Shown here piece by piece: positions 13,041 to 27,374 of a stretch of 64,000 bases of DNA. Position numbers and translations under genes: made by a program. The stretch's first letter is position 1. Every line of letters starts with the position of its first letter. The notes beneath the pieces are model-generated. The model was given only the letters and a program-made list of their open reading frames with translations, made no database searches and was not told the origin of the DNA. Origin of the DNA: Plasmodiophora brassicae (taxonomy: Eukaryota); NCBI GenBank assembly GCA_036867785.1, contig CP145412.1, positions 186,001-250,000 of the forward strand, given 5' to 3'.

Positions 13041-13485
13041 ATGACGAACTGGGATGACTGCAACCCGAAGCGCATCCTGGGCGCCTCCAGCTGGGTCGGG
13101 CAGCGCGTCGAGATCATCTCGCAGAAGAACCGCGGCCAGGTCGGCATCATCAGTCGAAGGTACGGGTATCGGCGCACCGGTGCGCATGCGGGCACGCGCT
13201 GACTGGTGTTTGCAATACAGTGGGCATGGGTTCTACGCGGTCGAGCTGGAGAACGGGCAGGGCGTGCTGATGAAGCGGGCCGGCGAACTGGAACTGTGCG
13301 GCGGAGGACGCGACGAGGACGCCAAACTCTGGAAGGCGGCGACGATCCTGCTCTGCATCGCCGAGACAAACAAGCAGCGCCGCCAGAAGGCCGCCAAGAA
13401 GCGCGAAATGATGATGATGGCCGCCCAGCAACAAGCCAACGTATCGGCCATGGCCGCCTTCGCCTCGGCGTGCACATCCTCATGA
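13041..13485 (+). CDS. Small KOW/SH3-like barrel protein (2 exons)
   Basis: WVGQRVEIISQKNRGQVGIISRS|GHGFYAVELENG; intron 13160-13220 splices in frame. Confidence 0.6.
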
Positions 13486-13839
13486 CCGTCACCCGCGACG
13501 GTTCGTGACTCCCCGCGAGTTTCACATCTCCTGCCGTTTCCCTTGCATTCATAATCACATTATTAGAACGATTATACATTATTGAATCGTTGCCGTGCGA
13601 CACATTCGATCAGCTGCAGACCCGTGTTGTGCAAAAGAGGCGCGAACTGGATAGCGGGCTGGGAGCGACACCAAAAACCGTCCCGTCGTGCCCGGTCACG
13701 GTGACAGGGCGGCGTCCAGTGCCCTAAATATACAGCTCCGCAGTGCGCACGCGTCAGTCACGGACTGGGCGGGCGGATCGGTTGCAGACTGCGCAGCTGC
13801 TGGGGCGACGGACACGGTGTCGCGGCTCGTCGCTGGGTC

Positions 13840-14593
13840 ATGGGATGTACCTCATCGACGCTGACGACAGTGGGGCCGACCGCCGAACCAGACGCCAAGC
13901 AGGGGCGCACGAAGGAAATTGTGGTGACGCGTAATCCTGCGGACGCTGTCGTTCCTCCGCCTAGCCAGCCAGAAGGAGCCACAACGCCGCAGTGCGTTGC
14001 GACACCGGTACGCTCGCGTTTGTCGATTAGTATGCTGTACCGCCCGTACTGTTCCTGCGGTTATTCTGTCTCCAAGGGCGATCGTTCTGGTGAATCTTAC
14101 CGGATCTGCGCAGGCGGGCATGGATCCTGTTATCGACTTGGAGATGGCGTTGCGGCAAGTCTCCGATGACAAGGAGTTCCTGATGGAGTTGCTGAACGAC
14201 ATGGTCGCCGGGAAAGACAAACTGTTCGAGTCGATGAACGAGGCGATCCGGTGCAATGACCCCAAGGTTCGGCCGGGCGTTGACGCACCCTGCCCGTCTG
14301 CGACTTCTTACGGTTGCCTCTAGCAATTTCGAGTAGCGGGACACACCATTAAGGGTGCCGCTCTAAACTTGGGGCTGAAGGCGCTCGGCGCCCAAGCCAA
14401 ATGCATTGAATTGTTCGGGGATGCCGTATTCGTCGGTGCGAACACTGAACCCGTATGCCAATCTCATAACGTGGGATATACGCGTGTCTGAATCGCAATA
14501 CCGTAACAGTTCGCCGAGAAAAGCGTCCTGCTTGTCGCCCAGCTGGACACTGAGTATGATCGAGTACGGGATCTAATCGCGAGAGGCATCTGA
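13840..14593 (+). CDS. Histidine phosphotransfer (HPt) protein with MGCTSS N-terminus
   Basis: Spliced product contains IDLEMALRQVSDDKEFLMELL...QFRVAGHTIKGAALNLGLKAL (HxxKGxAxxLG HPt signature). Introns 14008-14113, 14267-14323 and ~14453-14509. Confidence 0.85.
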
Positions 14594-14789
14594 CGTTCGG
14601 TGTCGCTTCGAGTTTCCCGTTCGCCGCAGTCTCCTGTAATAGAATAATGGCGTTGCCTAACCGCATTCAACCGTGACGTAACCGCTGATAGATGGTCCTC
14701 GTTAGTGTATTGCGCGGGATCGATGGTACTGCCGCATGTATTCAGTTATCAAAGGCGGCCGACCGGCCCAGGTCGTGTCGGCGGAGGCC

Positions 14790-17700
14790 ATGTCGCAGGC
14801 CGAGGGGCACACGACCAGTGGCCCGGACCTTCCCGACGAGAAGCCGGGCCCAGACGTCAACGAGGAGGGGGCGCACGACTCCGACTCGTTCGTCGACGAG
14901 CAGGTCGCCTCGAAACGGTGTCGTGCGTTATAGGCGGGGGTGCCTAACGCGAACACCCCATAGGTCGCGTACGATGATACTCCAGCCAACATTGCCATTA
15001 GCAAGACGTCCGACGAGGAAGGAGGCGAGGATAATCGCGCAAAGGCGAAGAAGATCGGATTGGGCGCCGCAGAAGGTACCATCAACCGTAACTCAAACAA
15101 CGGCAGCGTCTTACTGCCGAGCGATGCAGACGCCGATAAAGATGCCGGGCATGCTGCTGCATCGCCCATCGAAGAGATGGTGACGTTCGCCGGCGAAGAT
15201 CGCGACACGAATGAACGCCGGCAGGCCGCGTTCAGCTTCGCCCACTTCTCGACCGAGGAGGAGTCGCAGTTCGCCATCGTCAAGATGAAGCGGAATTACG
15301 GTCAGTGCCTGTTTCCGTCTGGCGTCGCGTGTGCACCATGTTCTAATCCGCTGTACAGGCATACACGCGGTCCTGAGCCTTCTGCATTCCGGCGATCACA
15401 TCTGCCAGCGTTACGCGGCCCTGTGCCTGGGGAACATTGCCGCCCACCCCGAGCTGAGGAAGGACCTCGTCAAGAACAATATCCTGGAGCAGATGATCCC
15501 GATCGCGATCAGCAAGACGGACATCGACCTGGACACCCAAAGGCAGGTTTGCGAGCGTGAGACGACTGGCCCGGAGACCGCTGGGGGCGAGAGGCGGCTC
15601 TTGGGCCAGTCTTTCACAAGGACGCCCCGCCGCTGACTATGGACCGTCCAGATACGCGATCATGGCGGTTGCGAACCTCGCGGCCGAGTACGACACCCAT
15701 AAGCTGCTGATGAAGCACCTGCCGTCGATCCTGGACCTGGTCGACTCGCCGGATCGCGACCTGCACGAGTGCGCCGTCCTGACCGTCCAGAACGTGTCGT
15801 CGAACAAGAAGCTGACCAAGAAGCTCAAGCTGATCATCGGTCCGCTCGTCAACATGATCGCCAACCCGCTGATGGACGTCGAATCCATCACACACGCCGT
15901 TTCCGCCCTACGAGGCCTCACCTCCGACGACAACCTGAAACTCGAGCTTCTCAGGCTGAACGCGCTGAAGGTACGCGCGACGCGTTGTCGCGGCAGCGTC
16001 CGGGCGCCTGACGCTAGCGCAGGAACTGGTGAACCTGGTCGACACGATCGACCGCGCCGAGTTGCTGGTGGAGATCGCGGCGACGATTTCCGGCATGGCG
16101 AACCTGATCGAGACGCACGCCGACATGCTGCAGCCGTCGGCGATCAACGCGATCATGGTGCTGGCGCTGATGGACCTGAACCCGCAGGTCCAGATGCATG
16201 CGGCCAACACGCTGGCGTCGCTGGCGTCGAACCCGGACTCGCACCCGAACATCGTGTACGCCAACGGGATCGACAACCTCGTGCACCTGTCGATGAACCG
16301 GGACCCGAAGGTGCGCCAGGGCGCCACGCGCGCCCTGGCGAACCTGTCGTCCAACCGCGCCTACCAAGGCGACATGATCCATGCCGGGTGCCTCGACGTC
16401 ATCACGGCCGCCCTGCGGGACAACGACGACGCGTCCCTGTTCTTCTCGACGATCATGTGCGCCATCATCTCGGAGAACACGGATTACCACCCGTACATCT
16501 GCGTCAAGGCGATCCTCCAGCCGCTGGCGCTGCTGGTCCGTTGGTGTCGTCCTCCCCCGAGAGCACCACCGCTAACTGTGGCCCCCGCGTGTGTGTGTGT
16601 GTGTAGATTACGTCGGGCGACACGTCGCAGGCGGAGCTGATCCGGTACGCGATCCTGTCGCTGTCGAACCTGGCGGCGAACATCCACAGCCACGGGCTGA
16701 TCATGGACGAGATCCAGATGCAGCTGACTGCGTTCTTCGAGCTGGCCAGCTCGAAGGACGCCGAGGTCCAGCGCTACTTCGCCATGCTGCTGTCGAACCT
16801 GGCGACCAACGAGACGCTACATGAGTTCCTGAGCAGCAGGGCCTGCTTCCAGGTACGGCTGCGTTTATCGTACGCGTAGCATGCTCAGGGTGTCGTGCGG
16901 CGCCAGGCGGTGCAGAACATACTCAATGCGGATTCGATGACGACGGTCCTGTCGGCGCTGTCGTTCATCTCGACAATGCTGCGGGACAACGCGACGCGCG
17001 AGTGCTTCGCGGGCGTGTCGCTGAAGCAGATCATCGACATTGCGGAGAAGTGGCCCGACGTGCCGTACCAGATCGCCGTCGCCAGCGTCCTCGGCAACGT
17101 CAGCAAGTCGACGAAGGTGGGCCGGACCCTTGTGTTCTGCTTCCCATCTGATAACGGGTGTCCGGTCCAGGTTCGCAACGAGTACAAATGGTACCGGTAC
17201 CTGCGGCTCGTCGAGCACTTCCTCGAGCAGGAGTCGCTGGACGTGCAGCAGGAGGCCCTGCACATCCTCGTGAACCTGTGCGACAGCGAGGAGGTCCAGC
17301 GCAGCATGATCGGCATGCGCCTGCTCGAGTACACGATGAAGGCGGTCCGCAAAGGTGTGGCGGCGGCGCGCGATCAGCGCATCCGTCCTGAGTGTTCGGC
17401 CAGGAACCATGGAGGAGCAGAGCCTGGGCCTGCACATCCTGGCCCGGCTGTGCGCCGGCATCCCCGAGATCCTCGAGGACCTCAAGCGCAACCGCATCAT
17501 CCAGATCGTCGCCCCGTTCGTGCGTTCACCCCACATCGCCTTCCGCAAGTACGCCTTCAATGGCCTCGGTTCGGCCCCGCCTCACCCTATCGTCCACCTG
17601 CCACCCGCTAACGACACCATACCATCTAGGATCGTTCGCCAGCCACGAACACATGCCTGTGGACCTGATGGACGTCAACCTCGTCAAGTCGTTCCTCAGC

Positions 17701-20700
17701 CTGGCTGAAGGCACGCAGGGCGATCTGGGTACCCTGTGCGCGTCCATTTCCGCTATCGTCGTAATGGCTGACCTATGTGTCGCCAGAGGAGCGCCGCGAA
17801 TGCATGTACGCGCTGGCGAACGTGGCGTTTCATTTGGTCAACCATGAGCACCTGGGCGATGCGGGCCCGTTCATATTCCGGGGCCTGCCGGCGTTCGTCG
17901 AGACGGGCGACGTCGAGGTCCTGCAGCACGCGTCGCTCCTCATGTGCAACATCGTCGCTACCATGTACACGAACGCCATGTTCGCCGTCCAGGCCGTCAT
18001 GGAGGTCTTCATTGCCGTCGCCAGGTGAACGTTGTCGTGTTCGTCATCGTGATATGCTCGTCCATGACTCCCGTTCAGGTGTCCTGATAAGACAGCCAAG
18101 ATCCAGGCGCTGAGCGCCTTGTGCACGCTGGCCATGCACGAGCACAACATCAAGTACATGCTGCAGGCGGGCGTCACCGAGTTCGTCCTGAACGAAGGGC
18201 TCGAGTGGCGCAAACGTGACGTTTCCAGCACTCGACAGGCGTAGGCGCTGTTGAAACGCGCTCTCTGTGTCTGGGGTCTGACGTCCGTGCCCCCTCGTCA
18301 GGGCGACGCTCCTGTCCGGGCTGACAACGTACGACGTCTGCGTCAAGGAATTCGGCGAGGCGCGTGGCGTCCTCGTCCTGGTCAACATGCTGGACCATTC
18401 GGATGTCACGGTTAGCGACAGAGACCTACATTGGTAGGAATACGACTTATGACGCTATGACGCCTGCGGGTAGGTGCGACGACTCGTCACGCGAACGTTC
18501 GCCAACTTCTCGTACTACCCGCAGTACCGCCAGTACATCGTCCGGGACGGCGTATTCCCGCTGCTGAAGTGCCTGAACGATTCCGATCGGGAGATCCGCC
18601 ACGCCGGTACCAATTAACGTCGTCGTCGTCGCCGCCACTCTGTGTGACCCGAATAACAGCGGCCTGGGCCATCGGCCACGTCCTTTCCTGGAAGGACGTG
18701 CAGCTGAAGATCGCGAGGGCCAGCGACGAGGACATCTACGCGCAGCTGATCGAATCCGCCGACGTCGACGTGCAGCTGGCGTGCGTCTGGGCGCTGGCGA
18801 ACCTTCACCATGAGGTGCGCGTTTGTTCGTCCGACGCTGCACAGTGCGCGCCCCGTAACCCTCTGCGGCCAGGCAGCGCCGCTGGGCTCGAACAACAACG
18901 ATATCCACCGGCTGGACAACCCGAGCGACGAGCTCCTGCAGAAGCTGTCCAAGACGGCGCTGTCGAAGCGGGTCGACTCGCGCATCTCCAAGTACGCCAT
19001 CATCGCCATCTGCAATTACACATCGGTGGGGAACACGGGCGGGCGTTCGACGTTTGTGCTGGTTGCTAACGTCAGGGCGCCAGGTGCCGCGCTACCACTT
19101 CACGATCCTTCGGAACTGCGGCGAGGTGATCAAGCGCGTGTTCGAGCTGGCGATGCGTAACGACCCCGAGATACGGTACTGCCTGGCGCTGATGCTGGCG
19201 AACCTGTCCGGCAACCTGGAGAACCACGAGTTCATCGCCACCAACGTCGAGATGGGGCGCCTGTCCATCCTGGTCGGCTGCGACGACGAGGAGACGCAAG
19301 GGCACGCGATCGCCACCGTGTCCGGCCTGGCCATCTCGGAGCGCAACGCGAAGCGCATCGTCGAGAGCGGGTTGCTCATCCCGCAAATGTCCCGCGAATG
19401 CAATTCGCCACATGCCTCCGTTGTGGTACGCCCGCGGCTCCTCGTCAGACGACGCGGCTCGTCTGATGGTTTCGCAGCGGTCGGTGGCGGCGGCGTTCCT
19501 GAACCTTGCACAGCATGAGTGCATCCTGGAGACGCTTATTGAACAGGACCTGGTCGCCGGGCTCCTGTCGCTGCTGAAGAGTCCACAAGGTTCGTCCCGG
19601 TCGATGTACGTCCGTCTGTTCATGACGGTTTGCGCCTAGCCGACACACAACTTCCCGCGGCTCGAACGATGAACATCGCGATATCGGTGCCGTCCGGCGT
19701 ACAGGCCCTGCTGAAACTCGACCTGAACGTCATCTCGAGAACGCTGTGGAACGCGGTCGCCAACGGGACCGAGAAGGTCGAACCACGTTCGTCGTGCGAG
19801 CTTCGCGTGGTGGCTCATGTGGGGTCCGTCTGTAGGTGTCAGCGCAAGTGATTCGCGTCCTGGCGCTATTGTCAACGACCGACGGTGCGGAGGCGGTCCT
19901 CGTCAACGAGCAAGGCATTGCGGGGCTGATCGCGTGCGCCAAGCTTCGTGCCAAAGCGTCCAAGTACGGCTGCGTCGTTCCGGTTGCTGGTTGTCGCGCT
20001 TCTGACGCCGCCCTAGCGACGACACCAACTGTGAATTCCATTCGGCGGTCATGATCAGGAAGCTGTGCTCGCTGAAGGACACCGTCCCGATGATGGTGCG
20101 CCTGGGCGCCATTGACGGTACGGGACCTGCGGTGAACGCCGTTCGCTGGCTGACCGCACACAGCGCTGCTCGCCCTGGGCGAATCGGTGACCGGCAGCCA
20201 GGGCGTCCAGGAGCTGGCGATCACGTCGCTGGAGGACCTGCTCGACCACACGTCCGGCCTGGACGTCGCGCTGAACCACCCGCAGGTGATCGACACGCTC
20301 ATGAAGCTCCTCGTCTCCGATAAGGTGGCCATTTGGCACGTCCTTCGCCCCCCTGGTCTGACGACTGAAGCTCACAGGCCGCCGTCCAGCGCCATGCGCT
20401 CGGGTGCATCGTCCGGCTGTCGTTCCACGAGGACTGGACGGTCCGGTTCCGGTCGCGCGGCGGCGTTAAGCTCGTCTACAAGAGCGCGCGGCACAAGGCG
20501 TACCCGATTCGCGCGTTCGCCGCCTGGACCATGTCCGTCCTGTCGTCCTACCGGTACGTCGAACGCTCGTCGTGTCACGTGCCGTAACCTAACACGCCGT
20601 CGGCCAGCGTGTTCTTCGAAGAGCTGAACTCGGAACGCTCGCTGAAGACGCTGCTGTACCTGGCGGACCACGACCCGGAAGACGCCCGGATCACGTTGCA

Positions 20701-23700
20701 CGTCGCCGTCGTGCTCGGGAACCTGTCGCAGTACTCGGTGCTGGCGCCAGCGTCTCCCTGCCGGTTTGCAATTCGGTTGACAGGCGGCGGTGCAGGCCAT
20801 GATCGCGGCCGCGTCCGTCGAGCAGGCGCAGCCGTTCAACCCGGAGACGTCGGGCATGGTGCCGCTTTTCGTCCGGTTCCTAACGTCGTCGAACCCGCTG
20901 ATTGCATCGCTGGCGTTCATGGGTACCGTCGTTGTCGTCGTTCGTCGTCGGCATCCCCGTTGTTTCCCTGAACGAGTGTGCAGGCATGTCGGCGCCGTCG
21001 AAAACAGGGCCGGCCTTGATCTACATGCTTCGCGACGACGCGATGGACCTGCTCGCGAAACTGGGCGCCACCAGGGAGGAGCTCGTTCTGCGGATGCTGG
21101 CCATGGCGCTGAACGTCGGTCGCGTCCGCGTGCCCAGGGCGAAACGGTCTAACCGAGCGTCATGCAGTTGATATCGTCGAACGGGGCGAACTCGCCGTTC
21201 CTGAAGGGGCGCAACCTGACCGGGTTCGATGCGCTCTTCGGGTTCGCCAAGTTCGACAGCGTCGCCATTCGCTGGGCGGCGCTGAAAACCGTGAACAACA
21301 TGATCACCGAGAAGTCGTTCAACGTCAAAGGGTACCGTTGCAGCCGTAAACGTTGCAACAAACCGCGTCCCGACGCGTTCGACGACAGGTTCGTGCTGAA
21401 GAAGGAGTACGTCGACACGCTCGTGGAGGTGGCCACGACGAACATCGACACGGATTTCGGGTTCAAGGCGCGCTTCATGGCGCTCGGCATCTTCGCCCAG
21501 CTGGCGTTCTATCAGGTGCGGGTCACACAGACTGTCCCGCGCTCCCCTTTGTCTGAAGCGACGCTCGATTCCAGGCGTACCACGACGTGCTTCTTCGTCC
21601 CGACATACTCCGCATCACGCTGGACACGTTGAAGGCCGCCCAGGTATACAGTGACCTGGCGTCCCGCGTGCGTCCGTCTGAGACCCGGTCGCAGAGGACG
21701 ATCTCGAAGACGACCAGCGATCGACTGAACAAGGAGCAGGTTCACTCGCAATCGGTAGCGTATTCGCTAAACGCGAGAACGGGCCCCGCTTGGTTGACGT
21801 GCGGTTTGGGGGCAGAGTCAGGACGACCGCGACGATGACGACTCGGAGGCGAACACGGCCGGGTACTGCCCAGCAGAACGAACGGGCAACACGCCAGTGA
21901 CGGGTGCTGTGCAGGGGCCATGGGGAGCTGGACCTGACGAAGGCGATGGTGTCCGACGATCCGGTCCTCAGCGTCCTGCTCGCCAGGGACCGGGACGCGG
22001 TCGCCGAGGCGAACGCCGCGTCGACGTTGGCGAACCTGGCCATGAACCCGTCCTGCTATCCAGGGCTGCTGACGTCGCAGGCGATCGAGATCCTGACGAA
22101 CTTCGTCAACTGTTCGCTGTCGAACCCGGTGAACCAGAGCATGGCCGCGGAGACGCTCTGCAACCTGGTCTTCGCGCTCACGCCCACCATGATCAGGCAG
22201 TCGCAGTTCTTCAGCATGACGAACGTCGCCGACGTCATGGAGGCGCTGCTGAAGTACGGCAGCGGGCCGAACGCCATCCTGACCGAGCGCTACATGGCGG
22301 TGGCCCTGTGCCGCCTGACCTGCCATCCCGACTTCAAGGTCTTCTCCTACGACCGCCCGTTCTTCGAGTCGCGCTGCCTGCCCGCCATGCTGCGGTCGCC
22401 GGACGCGCTGACGCAGAAGTTCACGTTCCTCGCCCTGGTCAACATCGTCCTGAAGGCCGACAACCTCCGTACGTCGAACGTCGCCCAGGCGGGTTGCGGG
22501 GCGCGCTGCTGACGTCTGCGCCGCAGTCGAGCTGATGGAGAAGGAGAACTTCGTGTCGCTGCTGCTGGCGTACATTCAGGCGCGCGACCGGTCGACGAAA
22601 TGGCTCTGCCTGAAGTCGCTGATGACGCTGCTGCAGTGCGGCCAGGTCCGGGACTGCACGCGCGCAATGATTGCGCGCGTGCGCCTGCTGACGCGCACCC
22701 GGGTGGCACAGGGCGCCAGGTACCTGTCGAAGGACGAGTACATCTCGACGCTGCTCGACCTGTGCTTCACGGACGACAAGCCGATCTTCACGTGCGTCGC
22801 CCACATCATCCACTCGTTCGTGAAGCAGGAAGGGTCCATTGCCCTGCGGGGCAAGTCGGACCACCTGATCCCCGCCCTGGCGCACCTGTCCACGTGCGCC
22901 GACGAAACCACGGGTGCGTGGTGCACGCGCCCGCTGCTTGGTGACGAGGCTCATGGTCGGACAGCGATGCTCGGATCGGAAACGCTGGGCATGTTCCTGG
23001 ACTCTCGGGAGAGCATGGACATGCTGCTCGAGTGCTCCAGCGAAGGTTTCGGTGCTGTGCTGGCGCTGCTTCGTAGCCCGAAGGAGAAGCTGCGCGTCCA
23101 GTCGCTGTACTCTCTGGTCGGTGCCCCCTGGCCGTTGTTCCTTGCCGCCCCCGGCCAACGTTTGCCCAGGCGGCGATATCGCATAACCCAGAGTATGCGA
23201 ACGAGATCGTGGTGCAAAAGGGGCTGAAGTTCGTCTGCGACCTGATCCTGGCCGACACGATCGGCGACGCCATGGACTGCGTCCACATTCTTCGGAACGT
23301 GGCGCGCAACGTCGCCAACCACCACGAGTTCGTCCAGTGCAACGGCATCGAGTGCCTCGACGTCCTGTCCAAACACAGGACCGTGGACGGCGACCAGAAG
23401 GTCGGCGTCGGCGCGCGTCTGTCGTGACGCGCGCCTTGACGTCGTCGATGCTCAGGTCCAGCAGCTCATATCGCAGGCGTTATCCGATATTGCCCACTAC
23501 TTCGAGGAGTACCAGCTCGGTCCCGAGCGCCTGCGTATCCTTGTCACTGCCATGGTGCATCCGATCCGGTCAGCGAACCTTCGTCCAGCTGCGCCCCACC
23601 CTACTCCTAACACCGCAAATGTTCAGGGCTATCGATCAGGCTGGCGGGTCCAACATCGACGCGTCCATCGTCGAGCTGTCGATCTTCGCGCTCAACTCGC

Positions 23701-25233
23701 TCCTCGTCAACGACGACTGCAAATGGTTCGCTGCAGAGGCCGGCGTCGTGCACCCGCTGATGTACATCTACGAGACCACGCCCGATCAGCGCCTTCGTCG
23801 CGTGTCGCTGGCGCTGCTGCTCAGCCTGGTCGAGTGCACGCGCACGCAGGTCGCGTTCGCCAGGCAGGGCGGCGTCACGCTGCTTCGCGACATGGCGCTC
23901 AGCAAGGTGTGCTTCCTCGCGCTGCACATCCTGGCCGCTCTTGTTAAACGGCTGCACAGGACCTGGTCCTAAAGAAGAAGGCGTGCCGCGCGTTCTCCAA
24001 GATGTCCTCGAACGCGGCCGTGCAGACGCTGTTCGTCGAGTTCAAGATCCTGCCGATCCTCATGGTCATACGCAGCCATGCCGATCTCGAATGCCGCCGC
24101 CTGGCTCTGGACACGTTGCTGTCCGTCCTGGACAACGGTAACGCGTGTGTGCTCGACGCCCGCCTGCGACGGTCGATGAACGCGCGCCCGTAGACGAAGT
24201 GCAGGCGCACATCTCGAAGGACGACGAGGTCGTGAACACGGTGCTGGCGCTGTCCAAGTTCGGGATCAGCACCGAAGTGAAAGCGCGAGCGACGCGCATC
24301 CTCGTCTCGCTGGCGCAGCGTAAGCGCGCTGCGCTGTACTCGAAGAACAACGAACAGCATCGGCAGCGCGCGGCACGATCGCTGGCCAGGCCCAGCTTGA
24401 CGGCACTTCAGTCGTCGTTCTCAACAGCCGCCGACGGCAACCGGTCGTACGTCCGCGAAACCAGGGAAGTCGCGTCTAACGTGTACGTGTACAGGTCGAC
24501 GACGACGACGACGACGACGACGGCACTGTCTGACAGCGAACGGAATTCGACGGTGGAACTGTCGGGCGGTAACAATTCATCGTCGAATCATCTGGCAGTC
24601 ATCACCGAGGACCGCTCTGCCGAATCCGCACCGGATGCTGCGTCGACCATGCCTGCTAACACAGTCGCCCTGACGACGTCCGCATCAGATCGTGATGATC
24701 ATGCACTGGAGCGCCCAGCGGCAGCACCTGCCCATCCGTCGGCCGAGGACCTCACTGCCGACTCAGCACCCGATCCTGCTTGTCGCGAGACGCCCGTGCC
24801 TTCCAGTCCATCCGTTCCTGAGCGCCCATCGGAAGCGGCTGCCGCTCCTTCTGCCGCACCGTTACCGACAGAGCAACCAGCGACGTCTGAGCCTTCGTCG
24901 GGGCCCCTGCCTCCAGCACCGATGATGGTAGATGGCAGACTATCACCGGTGCCAGTTCCCGACGCTGTTATCGATGCGAAGGACGGCGGTACAGGTCCTG
25001 TGTTCGAACAACGCGCAACGGCATCGTCGACGGAATCACCAGACGCCGCTCCTGCTGTTGCTGCTCCAAGCACGACGACTGCGAGTGGTGAACCGGCTTC
25101 CGCACCGCCCGTCCTAGACATACCTGATGAGGAACCCGCCAACTTGGACGCAGGTTCCCTAGACCTGGGCCAGGCCTCCGGCGCGGCAAGCCCGCCCGAT
25201 AAGGACCCAGCTGGCTCAGGGCCCTCTAACTAA
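14790..25233 (+). CDS. Very large armadillo-repeat protein (Vac8-like repeats) with Pro/Ser/Ala-rich tail; many exons
   Basis: Recurrent ARM motifs (QRYAALCLGNIA, QMHAANTLASLA, RQGATRALANLS, YCLALMLANLS, ANAASTLANLAMN) across ~10 kb, separated by short GT-AG introns. Stop at 25233. Could be more than one gene. Confidence 0.75.
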
Positions 25234-25961
25234 GCCTTTCACACACCCTGCCGCGTAGCACTAGTAAACGAGTGGGTTTATGGTCGGGCTTGGCGGCGCA
25301 CCCGCTTAGGGATAGTCGGGTGGACGGTGACGAACCTGCGAAGGTTATAGAGCCGACGGGGTGCACTGCGCGGCGCCATCCGCCTCGCCCGCATTGGACG
25401 CCGCTTCTGCTTCGGACGCGCCGGCATCCGGGGCCGTTGCCGCACCAGGATCGGGCCGAACACAGCCGTCGCCATCTCGCGCGATATCCACAACGTCGGG
25501 CTCGACGCTGTCAGTCGACGCGACCGTCGCAGACCTCGCTTCCCGATACTCGCCGCCGGCTTCGACATCGTTCGTTTCATGGATCGAACCGGGTTTTGCC
25601 CGACCTGTTGTTGTTGCCACTCCCGTCGGCTGCCCCCCCCCCCCCCCCCCCCCAGCGGGCACTGATTAACGTCGACATTGATCCGCAATCCGGTCAGTGA
25701 CGCTGGACGAACTTTAGGCCGCCGGAGCCGGTCCCGTCTGCAACGCGCCTCGAAGTTTGGGGCGATTTTCGCGGCGCGTTTTCGGCAGAGCGCGCCGCGT
25801 TTGATGATCCATCGGTTCGCACGGCCCGAAGCGGCGACGTCCGAGGGGGCGCGCGAGTCGCTGCGCCGGGCGGCGGACGTCAATGTCGGCGGTTGCGTGT
25901 CGAGTCGGCGGCGAGGTTGGGTGTGGCTGACGGTCGTCTTGCTCGGAAGGATGGCGATGGC

Positions 25962-27311
25962 ATGCGCAAGGCAACCCTGACCGCCCTGGTCGTGATATGC
26001 GTCGTCGTGCTGGCGCTGGTGCTGTTCGTCTCGCTACAGCGGATGCCCATCGTATGCTGGGCGCGGTGCGTCGTCGCTGGTCGTCCTTTGACGCGTTCGC
26101 GACAGAAACCGGTTGCCAACGTGCGCACGGATTGGGTGGACCCGCGCATGGCCTCGAATGGCAGAGGGCTTCCTGAGGTCACCCATCGGACGTACTTCGA
26201 CATTGAAATCGATGGCGAATACGTTGGACGCATCGTCATGGTATTCTCCCTAATTTCCACGTATGTGGCTGCTGCTCTGCTGACCGTCATCTGCAGGGCT
26301 TGTTCGGGAAGACCGTTCCCAAGACAGTTGAGAACTTTTTCGTCCTGTGCTCGGGCGAACGTGGCCCCAAGTTGCACTATACCGGGTACCGTGCCACGTG
26401 TCAACGACGAATCGCCACCGCCCTGCTGACGCGCGCCCTGTGCCAGGATGCAATTTCACCGCATCATTCCTGGGTTCATTGTCCAAGGCGGCGACATTGG
26501 TGGGGATATGGCGCTGCGATGTGCTAGGCGCCGCCTGATCGAGCGTTCGTTGTACAGTGAACCGAGACGGTACCGGGTCGATTAGCATTTTCGGCGGCGA
26601 GCAGTTCGACGACGAACAGGCTGGCCTTGAACTCAAGCACGACCGCCCGTACCTGCTGCAAATGGCCAACGCCGGTCTGTGGGGCCATTGCTGCAGCTCC
26701 CTGACGCGGACCGACGATCTTGTCACACAGGACCGAACACGAATGGCTGCCAGTTCTGTTTCATGCTGAATCCGGCGCCGCACCTCAACGGTAATGGCTG
26801 AACAGATTTGTCCCGCGATGTGCCTAAAGCCTCCTAGGTCACCACGTCATATTCGGAGAGGTTCTATCTGGGTTCGAGGTTGTCGACCAGATGTCGGTCC
26901 CTTCCGCAACGTTCCGTTGTGCCGATTTCTGACCACGTGCTCTCTATAGGGGCCTCGCTGGGGATCATCTCGAGAAGCCAACCAAGTCCGTCGTTGTCGT
27001 CGAAAGCGGCGTTGTTCAGCCATCCCCCGTTAAGCAATGAACCAACGCGTTGCTGGATCCGTCGCCGTTCCGTCTGAGCCTCACGCTCGTGAAGATGTGC
27101 AGCGACCTCCCAAATTACTGTTTGTGCTTTGCCCGCCGTCATCGCGTCGTCGTCGTCGTCGTCAGCTCCTGGGACGCACGACGTGCGGCAAGATGCTGAA
27201 TTCGCCGGTGGTGGTCGTTGCGCGGGACTGGTGACCCGTTCTGTAGGCCCCGATGATCATGGTCATGACTCACGACAGGGTCGGCGTGACGTCCTGCCTA
27301 CCTGCAAGTGA
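25962..27311 (+). CDS. Cyclophilin-type peptidyl-prolyl isomerase with N-terminal signal/anchor (3' end uncertain)
   Basis: [72 protein letters not shown] and HVIFGEV on successive exons; hydrophobic N-terminus [22 protein letters not shown]. Confidence 0.85.
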
Positions 27312-27374
27312 TGCACGTTCCGTCAGTTCGATAACAATCTCGCGAATCTGAGGCAGGTATCATTGTCGCTGGCC

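Noticed and set aside
16588-16604. (GT)n microsatellite
   Set aside because: Short intronic simple repeat; unremarkable.
25633-25653. Poly-C tract and Pro-rich ORF 25361-25669
   Set aside because: Simple intergenic homopolymer with no coding or regulatory evidence.
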